The position numbers and the translations under genes were made by a program. DNA of 24,000 nt from Methanococcus voltae (lineage in GTDB: Archaea > AGJL01 > Methanococci > Methanococcales > Methanococcaceae), in assembly GCF_024807655.1 (NCBI RefSeq), contig NZ_JANUCR010000004.1:117282-141281 (forward strand), given 5' to 3'. Every line of letters begins with the position of its first letter. The stretch's first letter is position 1. Below the pieces are notes generated by a model. The model was not told the origin of the DNA. It was given only the letters and a program-made list of their open reading frames with translations, and made no database searches. Shown here one piece after another: positions 1 through 7,883 of the stretch.

Positions 1-11
1 TTTCAGCTCAA

Positions 12-926
12 ATGGTAGCAGTAGCTACGATATTCTTTATAATTAGCTTAATAATAACAAAAAAACTATTAATTGAAAATTTACTTATGGATAGGGTGGC
101 ACAGGCATATCCTGTAATAATACTAAATGTAATAATAGATTGCCTACTAATAATGATTTACAATAATTACTATGGAATACACATTATTTTTAGTTATGGA
201 AACTGGATAATACCTATAATAACTGTTATAGGATATACAATAGGATTTAAACTATTTAATGTAAAATACATAAGTTTATTACACTATGACTTTGAAAATA
301 ACTATAGAAAACTTTTAAGAGTTCCTTACGTGGAAAAGGAATCAAAAATAATAGTTAGATGGATTGACAATAAAATAAAAGAGATAATACTACCTAAAGT
401 TAATAACTCTAAGTTATACGATGATTTACTTGATTTTGACGGTGAACTATACGAAATAACAAGTTATGAAGTAGAAGAATACCCAACAAAAGTTTACAAT
501 GAAGAAACGTTCTGGAATAGAATACTTACAAAATTAGAAAAACTACAAGATTATTTAAGAGATTATATAAAAGGTACAATAACGGGTAAAATAACTGTAG
601 AACACTCTAAAATAATGGATAAAGAAATACAAGAAAGTGTACATTTAAAAGGCTCTTTAGAAGCTTTAAATGATAGATTATACAAATTATATGGAGAAAT
701 TTGCAAACTTAAAAATGCAAGAGGTAACGACGTTGTGAATTTAGCACAGCACGGTGTAAATGTAATTATGAGTACATTACCAAACACACAACAGTATTCA
801 GACTTTATAGTAGAACATTTTAAGGATATGGTTGAGGAAGAAGACGATAATTACAAAGTAGAAACTAAAAACGAGGTAGAAAATGGAGAAGGAGCAACTA
901 ATGGAGATGGTCAGCCTAATAGCTAA
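12..926 (+). CDS. hypothetical membrane protein with charged, coiled-coil-like C-terminal half (N-terminus may lie upstream of the window)
   Basis: 304-aa ORF. The first ~90 aa contain three hydrophobic helices (IFFIISLIIT, YPVIILNVIIDCLLIMIY, WIIPIITVIGYTIGF). The rest is charged and heptad-like with an acidic tail. There is no in-frame stop between the window edge and the ATG at 12, so the start is uncertain. The 3' end overlaps the next ORF by 44 nt. No family recognised. Confidence 0.55.
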   Translation: MVAVATIFFIISLIITKKLLIENLLMDRVAQAYPVIILNVIIDCLLIMIYNNYYGIHIIFSYGNWIIPIITVIGYTIGFKLFNVKYISLLHYDFENNYRKLLRVPYVEKESKIIVRWIDNKIKEIILPKVNNSKLYDDLLDFDGELYEITSYEVEEYPTKVYNEETFWNRILTKLEKLQDYLRDYIKGTITGKITVEHSKIMDKEIQESVHLKGSLEALNDRLYKLYGEICKLKNARGNDVVNLAQHGVNVIMSTLPNTQQYSDFIVEHFKDMVEEEDDNYKVETKNEVENGEGATNGDGQPNS

Positions 927-1131
927 CTGCGATAATTTAACGAAGTATGAAAAATTGTACATTTCAATGTGTCCTGAAGACATAAGAAATCAGTTCATTA
1001 AAAAAAGGGCTGAAATGATAGCAAATAGAAAACCTGAAAAAATGGGTTATTTAACACAAACTGCAGAATTAGAAGACTGGGAAAAAGTTGTCGAATTAAT
1101 GGAAACTAAGAGGTTAGAAGCTAATGAATAA
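883..1131 (+). CDS. small hypothetical protein (82 aa)
   Basis: The ORF overlaps its upstream neighbour by 44 nt and its downstream neighbour by 8 nt (ATGAATAATGA junction), which suggests translational coupling. It is charged and helical, with no recognisable motif. Confidence 0.4.
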   Translation: MEKEQLMEMVSLIANCDNLTKYEKLYISMCPEDIRNQFIKKRAEMIANRKPEKMGYLTQTAELEDWEKVVELMETKRLEANE

Positions 1132-1681
1132 TGATTATTTAACCATATCGGAGTTAATAAAACTAAAAAAGGAAAAAGTATCACATTTAGCTTTTATAAT
1201 ATATGGGGCGAGAGGTATGGGAAAAACAACCTGTTTAAGAGGTATGTATGAAGAAATTAAAAAACATACTTCTTATTCTACTATCTTCGCTTATGACGTT
1301 GAAGATATAGATATTTGTGATTGTCTCTTTTTAGATGATTTTGGAACTAAATTTAATAAAAGAGACTTTGCAACAGTTCAAAATAAAGAATTTATGAAAT
1401 TATTACAGGAAGTTAGAACCAATATACCTATAATTGTAAGTTCTTCACCATCTTATTTATTATTAGATAAAGATTTTAGAACATTCTTTAATCCAGCCCC
1501 CATTTTAGCTAAAAATGATAAAATGTTCATTGTTTCTTTAATGGGTAAAAAACTATATGTAAAACACCCTACTGATAAATTCAACAAACAAGAACGTTTA
1601 AAAGAAAATAGGGGACGTAAAGAAAGATTTTATAAACACTTAGATACAATTAAACAATCAAAAGAAAAGAAAAAGAAATGA
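1124..1681 (+). CDS. minimal P-loop NTPase (AAA+/DnaC-IstB-like motif pattern), basic C-terminal tail
   Basis: Walker A is GARGMGKT (aa 28-35). Walker B is LFLDDFG (aa 68-74). A sensor-1-like IPIIVSSS lies ~35 aa later. The C-terminus is lysine-rich (KEKKKK). Only 185 aa. Confidence 0.7.
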   Translation: MNNDYLTISELIKLKKEKVSHLAFIIYGARGMGKTTCLRGMYEEIKKHTSYSTIFAYDVEDIDICDCLFLDDFGTKFNKRDFATVQNKEFMKLLQEVRTNIPIIVSSSPSYLLLDKDFRTFFNPAPILAKNDKMFIVSLMGKKLYVKHPTDKFNKQERLKENRGRKERFYKHLDTIKQSKEKKKK

Positions 1682-3985
1682 TTACTTAATTTTATTATAT
1701 ATTTCAGATATTATCTTATATTCTTTTTCGTTTTTGTTATTATCATCATCTAACCAATTTTTAATATGAGTTTTAGGTAATCCATTTTTAAAGAATACAC
1801 ACATATTATCAAAATTTCGAGCATCTTCTGAAAGTATTTTTTTGTTATAATATCCATTATTCCTTATATCGTAATTTTGATTTACATATCTTATTATATA
1901 TTCGATAGTTAATTCTCGGGATAAGTTAGTAAATTTATTTTGTACTTTTGTACTATTAACCATTTGCAAGACTTCCATAATATAAACAATATCGTCATTA
2001 GTTGATAATTCGTAATCTTCTAAAATCTTAACAAATTTATTTTTTAAATTGTTCAATTGTGTGATTGATTCAGTGCTTATATTGGGCTGTTTAGTATGTA
2101 ATTTACAAATTAATTTTATAGTTACCTCATTAGGTAATGTATTTTTATCTTGATTATCTTGTAGATTATTATCTAAAATTGTATATAATGCGTTAAAGTT
2201 TATTTCAGATAATTTATAAACTGTATCTACAATCATTTTTGTTTTTAACGGATTTACATTATCGCAATATTTGGGATTTAGTAGTAATTCCATTAATCCA
2301 CGGTAATTGGGGGATGGTACATAATTAAGTTCTGAGCTATTATTTGCTAATTTTACAACGATATTTGAAAATGTATTTCCTTCATCAATGTTAATTTTAT
2401 TATCTTTTAATTCTTTATTTAATTTTTTAAAACTATTTAATGTATCTTTTGAAGATAATATATGTATAATATCTTCTTTTGGTTTCGTATAATGATTTAA
2501 TTTAAAATATTTACCCATATTTTTTATATTTAATATATCCTTAGATTCTCCAAAGTCATAAGTTCTAAATACGTAGTTTCGTTCCTGTAATAATAAATTC
2601 TTTGGAATTGTATTTTGTTCAATACTATTAGGAATTAAAATTCCCATAAAATTTTTTAAAATTTCTTTATATTCTTCATCTTCAACTTCAATTAGTAATT
2701 TATTTATTTTTTCCACGTATTCCTTATATTGTGGTACTTCATAATTTGATTGACTATTTTTTCTATTGTCCATATAATAAGTATATTCACTAATAAGTTT
2801 ATATATTTTAGAATAATTGTATTTAAGTATAGATAATCCTAAAAATTCAAATGGGTTAATTTCTTCTTTTACAATACCATATTCAAAAGAAAACATATTG
2901 TGTAATCTGTTAAAATCTCGTTGGTTTCGCAATGTTTTTAATATTTCAAATGAATAAATTAACTCTTCGTAGTCATATTGTTGTAATTCTTTATTATTTT
3001 CAATTATTTTTTCTAAAAAATCTCTTATTAATTCATTTTTTGAAAGTTCAGGGACAGAATATTCTACCTGAATTATTTTTTTAATATATTCGGCTCCTAA
3101 TTTATTATTAAGTATTCTTTTACGTCCTTCTTCTACATATTCATGTTCAGGACTACATTGTACATCAGCAAGAGCTTTGGACACTATTTTTTTATCATAA
3201 CCTAAAATATAAACGATATTTGGAAAGTCTGCTATACATTTAATTAATTTAAACATTAATTTGATTTGTTCGCCAGTTAATCTGTCCAAATCATCTATAA
3301 AAATAACTATTTTTTTATCTAATTCTTTTAAATAGTTAGATAATTTATCTCTTAATATAAAAATATCATGGTCTTCTGAACCATATTTTTTAAAATTTTC
3401 AAATTTTTCTTCATTTTCTTTACTTATATTTCTATAAACGTCATCGCCTGATAAAACACTCCATCCATTACCTACTAATTTTCCAAGTAAGTTTGTAATA
3501 AATCCCACATCTTCCAAAATAACCTTTTTATGATCTGATACTTTAATAATAGTTTGATACATTTTTTCAAAAAATGCAGATATCAACGAATATTCATTTT
3601 CAAAATACCATGGGTTAAAATCCATTGTCGTTATTTCGTTTTTAGCTTTTTCATTTTCTGAAAAAATTTTTTTCATTGCATTAAATATTGAAGTTTTACC
3701 ACAACCCCATTCGCCAGTCACTCCTATTACTGTACTATTGTCATCGTTTTCTATATTAATAATTGCATCAGCTAATAAATCTACTAATTTTTGACGTGAA
3801 ACGTGTAAATCTTCATATTTTTCTAATTCTCTATCTTTAGAGATTTTTATATAATCATTTTGTTCTTGCACTGCTAAATCATCTGAATTATTTAAATCAA
3901 TTTTATATCGAGAAAGTACCGAGGATGTGTTTTTTAATTTACGTCTTTTCGCACTTGAAATGATTGCGGAATTGTATGTGCCCAT
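1682..3985 (-). CDS. KAP-family P-loop NTPase, soluble variant (no transmembrane insert)
   Basis: Motifs are VIGVTGEWGCGKTS (aa ~86-99), then DFNPWYF, then the Walker B IVIFIDDLDRL (aa ~226-236), then FPNIVYILGYD. This order is the KAP NTPase signature as I know it. An AGGTGGT RBS lies 4 nt before the ATG. A ~400-aa helical C-terminal region is uncharacterised. Confidence 0.85.
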   Translation of the reverse strand: MGTYNSAIISSAKRRKLKNTSSVLSRYKIDLNNSDDLAVQEQNDYIKISKDRELEKYEDLHVSRQKLVDLLADAIINIENDDNSTVIGVTGEWGCGKTSIFNAMKKIFSENEKAKNEITTMDFNPWYFENEYSLISAFFEKMYQTIIKVSDHKKVILEDVGFITNLLGKLVGNGWSVLSGDDVYRNISKENEEKFENFKKYGSEDHDIFILRDKLSNYLKELDKKIVIFIDDLDRLTGEQIKLMFKLIKCIADFPNIVYILGYDKKIVSKALADVQCSPEHEYVEEGRKRILNNKLGAEYIKKIIQVEYSVPELSKNELIRDFLEKIIENNKELQQYDYEELIYSFEILKTLRNQRDFNRLHNMFSFEYGIVKEEINPFEFLGLSILKYNYSKIYKLISEYTYYMDNRKNSQSNYEVPQYKEYVEKINKLLIEVEDEEYKEILKNFMGILIPNSIEQNTIPKNLLLQERNYVFRTYDFGESKDILNIKNMGKYFKLNHYTKPKEDIIHILSSKDTLNSFKKLNKELKDNKINIDEGNTFSNIVVKLANNSSELNYVPSPNYRGLMELLLNPKYCDNVNPLKTKMIVDTVYKLSEINFNALYTILDNNLQDNQDKNTLPNEVTIKLICKLHTKQPNISTESITQLNNLKNKFVKILEDYELSTNDDIVYIMEVLQMVNSTKVQNKFTNLSRELTIEYIIRYVNQNYDIRNNGYYNKKILSEDARNFDNMCVFFKNGLPKTHIKNWLDDDNNKNEKEYKIISEIYNKIK

Positions 3986-4075
3986 TGTACCACCTTTTTA
4001 ACAATATAATTAGTTTATTATCTTATCTAATTAATTGTATAAAAATATGATATATTTCAAATTTAAAATATTTTA

Positions 4076-4103
4076 ATATCCTAATATCCGGTTTTTAGGA
4101 TAT
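4076..4103. promoter_or_regulatory. perfect 9-bp inverted repeat (ATATCCTAA-N10-TTAGGATAT) in a divergent promoter region
   Basis: ATATCCTAA at 4076-4084 and TTAGGATAT at 4095-4103. The repeat also contains the direct repeat AATATCC-T-AATATCC. It lies between a TATA-like element for the minus-strand KAP gene (~4038-4047) and a TTTATTTAAATA element (~4110-4121) upstream of the plus-strand cluster. Confidence 0.3.
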
Positions 4104-4171
4104 AAACCGTTTATTTAAATACTTTTTTCGAAATAACTCTTAATTAGAGCTTTAAGAGGTGATTACAATAA

Positions 4172-4435
4172 GTGATTATTAGATATTTAGTTAATAAATT
4201 GGCAGTTCCTATGGCTTCTGTATTGCTTATAATAGCTTCCGTTCTCGCACCTACGGCGTGGTATAGAGCCAAAGTAGCTGAATTTTTACAATCTTTCGGA
4301 TTGTTTATAGGTTGGTCGATAGATGAGGTCTGTGTTTTGCTCGTTGCCGTTTTAATGATTTTAGCATTTTTCATTTCTTACTCCCGCCCAACTGGTAAGA
4401 TTTGGAGGAAAAGGCCTAAAAGAAGACGTTATTAA
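4172..4435 (+). CDS. small membrane protein (2 TM, basic C-terminal tail), GTG start
   Basis: 87 aa. An AAGAGG RBS lies ~12 nt upstream of the GTG. Two hydrophobic helices are followed by WRKRPKRRRY. The overlapping antisense ORF (4144-4374) has no such features. Confidence 0.5.
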   Translation: MIIRYLVNKLAVPMASVLLIIASVLAPTAWYRAKVAEFLQSFGLFIGWSIDEVCVLLVAVLMILAFFISYSRPTGKIWRKRPKRRRY

Positions 4436-4539
4436 TTTTCATTATTTCATATTGCACCTAAACGGAAATAACCTAAAATAAATCTAAATTACTAAGATAA
4501 ACTAAAAATAAAACTAATTGGTACTTTAAGGAGGAAAAA

Positions 4540-4989
4540 ATGGGATATCCAAACAATAAATATAATAATTACAGGGGAGGTGGAGGCAGTTATAAACCTA
4601 AGGTAAATTCTTCAAGTTTTAGGTTCTTGGCTTACGTTGTAGGCTGTGGAATTGCTTTAGGAACTGTATTCTCCGACTTTTTAAGCGTGATACCTGCTGG
4701 ACTTGGTACGATTGTAGGCACACTTATTGAGGGTGTAGGCTATTTCGGGGTCGTCGTGTGCGGATTTATTTTATATGCAACCGCTAAAAGGAAAACTGCT
4801 ATGGATACGCTTTCTTTAGCTTGGCTTTTAGTATTTATAATTCCTTCATTACTAACCAAAGTAATGGCGTTCATACTAAGTTTTGTAGCTCCTGCAGTAG
4901 GTAGTGGCTCTGTTGACGTTATAGTCGGTGGAGTAATCTGTTTAATAACTTTGCTTGCTTTAAGCACGTTATATAATGAATTTGGCTAA
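4540..4989 (+). CDS. integral membrane protein (about 4 TM, Gly-rich helices)
   Basis: 149 aa. A strong AAGGAGG RBS lies 6 nt before the ATG. The N-terminus is polar (YRGGGGSYKPK) and is followed by four hydrophobic segments. Confidence 0.75.
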   Translation: MGYPNNKYNNYRGGGGSYKPKVNSSSFRFLAYVVGCGIALGTVFSDFLSVIPAGLGTIVGTLIEGVGYFGVVVCGFILYATAKRKTAMDTLSLAWLLVFIIPSLLTKVMAFILSFVAPAVGSGSVDVIVGGVICLITLLALSTLYNEFG

Positions 4990-5050
4990 TTGGATGTATT
5001 GCCCTCAATAAAACATATGAATATCAAATTTTAATTTACGAGGTGAATTA

Positions 5051-5410
5051 ATGGGTAATAAAATAGAATTGTTCCCTGTTGGAAAAATAAGCCCTGTGGA
5101 AGCGTTTGGAATTTTAGCCGGTGCTTTTACTCTTTACGATATCGTTTTTAATGCGATAATCTTTGAAAATATCTATTATTCAATAGGGGTTTACGCTTTA
5201 GCTTTCATAGCTGTAGCACTTAGTGATAAATTCGGGAAATTTAAGTCTAAAAGGTTAACAATTTACGAAATAATCGGTATGTTGATTTCTGCTTTTGTGA
5301 TAATCAATTACGGATTTTTACAACTCGATGTATTGAATGAATTTACAATTAAAGTCGTTGCTTGGGGTGCTTGTTTCATTACACTTGTAGCTATGGCAAA
5401 ATCGGATTAA
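5051..5410 (+). CDS. integral membrane protein (3-4 TM)
   Basis: 119 aa. A GAGGTGA RBS lies upstream. The protein is hydrophobic throughout. Confidence 0.7.
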   Translation: MGNKIELFPVGKISPVEAFGILAGAFTLYDIVFNAIIFENIYYSIGVYALAFIAVALSDKFGKFKSKRLTIYEIIGMLISAFVIINYGFLQLDVLNEFTIKVVAWGACFITLVAMAKSD

Positions 5411-5423
5411 ATGAGGTGGATAG

Positions 5424-6014
5424 ATGAAAAAAGGATTAATTCATTTAGCAATATTGATGATATTGACTGTTATTATAAGTCCTATTTCTGCTCATAATAT
5501 AACTCTGAACTCAAATGTTGATGAGTTTACTATTTATGACAATCAAACTGATTTGGGGATTTATAACGATTCTAACGTCATAAATTTGAATGGTACTAAA
5601 AATTTAACATTTATTAAATTAAATTATACAAATATAACTAAATTATTGAATATTAATGAAACAATGGTTATTAATTTAACATTCGTGCCCGTTGAAATTA
5701 TAAATGATACAAATAATACTGAAAATAATTCAAATGACGATTTAAATCAAACTATTAATAATAATACTCTTAATGATACAAATAATACTAATTTAGACAA
5801 TAGAACAATAATTTTAGTAAATTTAGACGATAATGATGATATAAGAGCTCAATTAGAAACTTTAATCAATGATAATTTAGGTATCGTAGTCGTTGGAGGA
5901 ATGGCCTTTATAATCGTTGGTATATGCCTTATTGGCGATAAGAGAAAGAAAAAACCAACATTTGATAATAAAGGATTTGGAAACAGTAACAATAATTACA
6001 GTAAAAAATGGTGA
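5424..6014 (+). CDS. secreted, C-terminally anchored protein with extreme N-glycosylation sequon density
   Basis: 196 aa. A GAGGTGG RBS lies upstream. The Sec-type signal peptide is MKKGLIHLAILMILTVIISPISA. I hand-counted about 17 N-x-S/T sequons in ~125 aa. The C-terminal TM segment GIVVVGGMAFIIVGICLIG is followed by KRKKK. Confidence 0.75.
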   Translation: MKKGLIHLAILMILTVIISPISAHNITLNSNVDEFTIYDNQTDLGIYNDSNVINLNGTKNLTFIKLNYTNITKLLNINETMVINLTFVPVEIINDTNNTENNSNDDLNQTINNNTLNDTNNTNLDNRTIILVNLDDNDDIRAQLETLINDNLGIVVVGGMAFIIVGICLIGDKRKKKPTFDNKGFGNSNNNYSKKW

Positions 6015-6020
6015 TAGATA

Positions 6021-7883
6021 ATGAAAAAACATTATTATCTATTCTTTTTATTTTTACTGATAACAATAAATTCAGCCTTTGCACAGACTGGTTATTATAT
6101 GGAATTTTCCGCAGATTATACGGAAGATATACTCCAACAAAAGTTTAATACCACTTGGCAAGGATACACTCCTCAAATAGAATCAATACAAGGTAATATC
6201 GTATATTTTCAAACTGAAAAAGATGTACTTAGAGCATTTGTGAATCCGTCATATTCAGCAGATAGTTTATTTGTTTCTAACGTAGATTTGTATATAAATA
6301 ACGAATTAACGGAATATACAATATATAAGATGACTTCACAAACAAGTAAAGATTTTAATTATACATCGTATTCACCTTGCGGAGCTTATTTATTTGGTTC
6401 TTCATATGGTAAATACCTCTATTCTGGTTCAAATGTATATTTGGACGGAGTCAGTTGCTGGGGTTCAACTTCGGGAACAGTCTATGGAGATTATAACGCT
6501 ATATTAACTAATGCTGGAACTGTATCCATAATTGCCAATTATGATTCAACACAACCGCCAAATTCTATAGTATGGTTAGTAGCAAAAGGTGCTGTAGATA
6601 TTCCTACAGCTAATCAAAGATTAGTTACACCATTACCGAGAGGTACTATAAAACTTATAGTAGACGACTGTAATTTAAAAATAGGCGGTAAAATACAATC
6701 TATAACTAATAATACAGAACTTTACGTACCTGTAGGAACTTATACTTTAGAATTCTCCAAAGCTGGCTTTTGGAATGAGTCAAGAACTTTAACAGTTATT
6801 GAAAATGAAACTATAAACTTAAATGTTGATTTATTCCCTGAATCATCGATATTTAAAATAAGTCAGTTAGACACCGTAAATACCTATCAAAATAATGAAT
6901 TTGTAGTTAAAATGAACGTAGCCCCTGTACAAGAGGTTACAAGCGTTAGACTTGAATTTCCAACAACAGAAGCAGTTTCTGTAAGAAAAGGAATCGAAGA
7001 AATAACTAAAAATAGCGATAATATATACCAATTAGGAACTATAGGAACAGAGGGAACCGAATTAACTTTAAGATTACCTGCAGGAGCTTTAACCGGTTCA
7101 AGATACATAAATATGAGAATAACCGGTGCAGATTATTCCGGAGAACTCTATGTACAAAATAAAATGATTAACTACAACGTACAAGAATTACCTATACAAG
7201 TTGATATACCAAGTTTAGTAGCTGGAAATAATAATATTAAAATAACTGATAAATCAGGTGGTGCTCAAAGACTTTCAATACTCCTAAAAGACGAAGATAC
7301 GAACGTATATTCAAAAGACTATGATTTAGGAGCTTACCAATCTATTAACTTTGATGTTGACTTAGAAGTTAAAGATTACATATTAACTATTTCTACAGAC
7401 AATTACGAAGCTAAGTATACACTTAATATTAAAAATGCTGTAATAGTGCCTACCAAGAGCTTTGAGATTTCGAAAGGAAGTGAATTAAGAGTCCCTTTAC
7501 AAATAACAAATCCTTACCCATTAACAAAATATTATACTGTAAAATTACAAGGAACTTCTGAAAGCTGTTTAACAAATAATACAGAATTAACTTATTCAAT
7601 AGCTCCACAAGAAACAAAAACGGTTTATGCAATAGCTAATTTAAAAGATAGTTTACAATACGATAGCTATTCAACAATAACTAAAGTAATATTAGATAAT
7701 GAAGAAATACATTCTGAAACTATAACTATAAATATAAAAACATCAGGATTTATCCCTATTATCGATGATGAAAACGGTATAAGTAGTAATACATTAATTA
7801 TCGGTGGAATCACCATTATTATATTAGGCGGTGGAATCCTTTATTTAAGAAGTAGAAAGAAAGGTAAAAAGGTGATAAAATGA
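6021..7883 (+). CDS. large surface protein: signal peptide, PEGA/CarboxypepD_reg-like beta domain, repeated beta-rich modules, C-terminal TM anchor
   Basis: 620 aa. The signal peptide is MKKHYYLFFLFLLITINSAFA. The segment GTIKLIVDD...VPVGTYTLEFSKAGFWNESRTLTVIENETINLNVDL matches the PEGA-like pattern. The C-terminal TM segment LIIGGITIIILGGGILYL is followed by RSRKKGKK. The stop overlaps the next start (ATGA at 7880-7883). Confidence 0.8.
   Translation: MKKHYYLFFLFLLITINSAFAQTGYYMEFSADYTEDILQQKFNTTWQGYTPQIESIQGNIVYFQTEKDVLRAFVNPSYSADSLFVSNVDLYINNELTEYTIYKMTSQTSKDFNYTSYSPCGAYLFGSSYGKYLYSGSNVYLDGVSCWGSTSGTVYGDYNAILTNAGTVSIIANYDSTQPPNSIVWLVAKGAVDIPTANQRLVTPLPRGTIKLIVDDCNLKIGGKIQSITNNTELYVPVGTYTLEFSKAGFWNESRTLTVIENETINLNVDLFPESSIFKISQLDTVNTYQNNEFVVKMNVAPVQEVTSVRLEFPTTEAVSVRKGIEEITKNSDNIYQLGTIGTEGTELTLRLPAGALTGSRYINMRITGADYSGELYVQNKMINYNVQELPIQVDIPSLVAGNNNIKITDKSGGAQRLSILLKDEDTNVYSKDYDLGAYQSINFDVDLEVKDYILTISTDNYEAKYTLNIKNAVIVPTKSFEISKGSELRVPLQITNPYPLTKYYTVKLQGTSESCLTNNTELTYSIAPQETKTVYAIANLKDSLQYDSYSTITKVILDNEEIHSETITINIKTSGFIPIIDDENGISSNTLIIGGITIIILGGGILYLRSRKKGKKVIK

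Noticed and set aside
563-983. Minus-strand ORFs 563-787 and 798-983
   Set aside because: They lie entirely antisense to a longer, better-supported plus-strand ORF. Their translations are Leu/Phe/Ser-rich low-complexity sequence, typical of shadow frames in A+T-rich DNA. They have no RBS.
1124-1681. Calling the 185-aa ATPase a PRD1/STIV-type virion packaging ATPase
   Set aside because: The Walker B LFLDDFG and the sensor-1-like SSS pattern look more like AAA+/DnaC-IstB-type proteins. No jelly-roll capsid candidate is visible in the window. The call is left as a generic minimal P-loop NTPase.
4144-4374. Minus-strand 76-aa ORF overlapping the 87-aa plus-strand ORF
   Set aside because: The plus-strand frame has an RBS, two clear TM helices and a basic tail like other proteins in the cluster. 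The minus-strand frame has no RBS and no features. Only one of the two can be real, and confidence in the plus-strand ORF is itself only moderate.
4740-7632. Antisense ORFs 4740-4967, 6887-7108 and 7450-7632
   Set aside because: They are shadow ORFs inside well-supported plus-strand membrane or surface-protein genes, with no independent signals.
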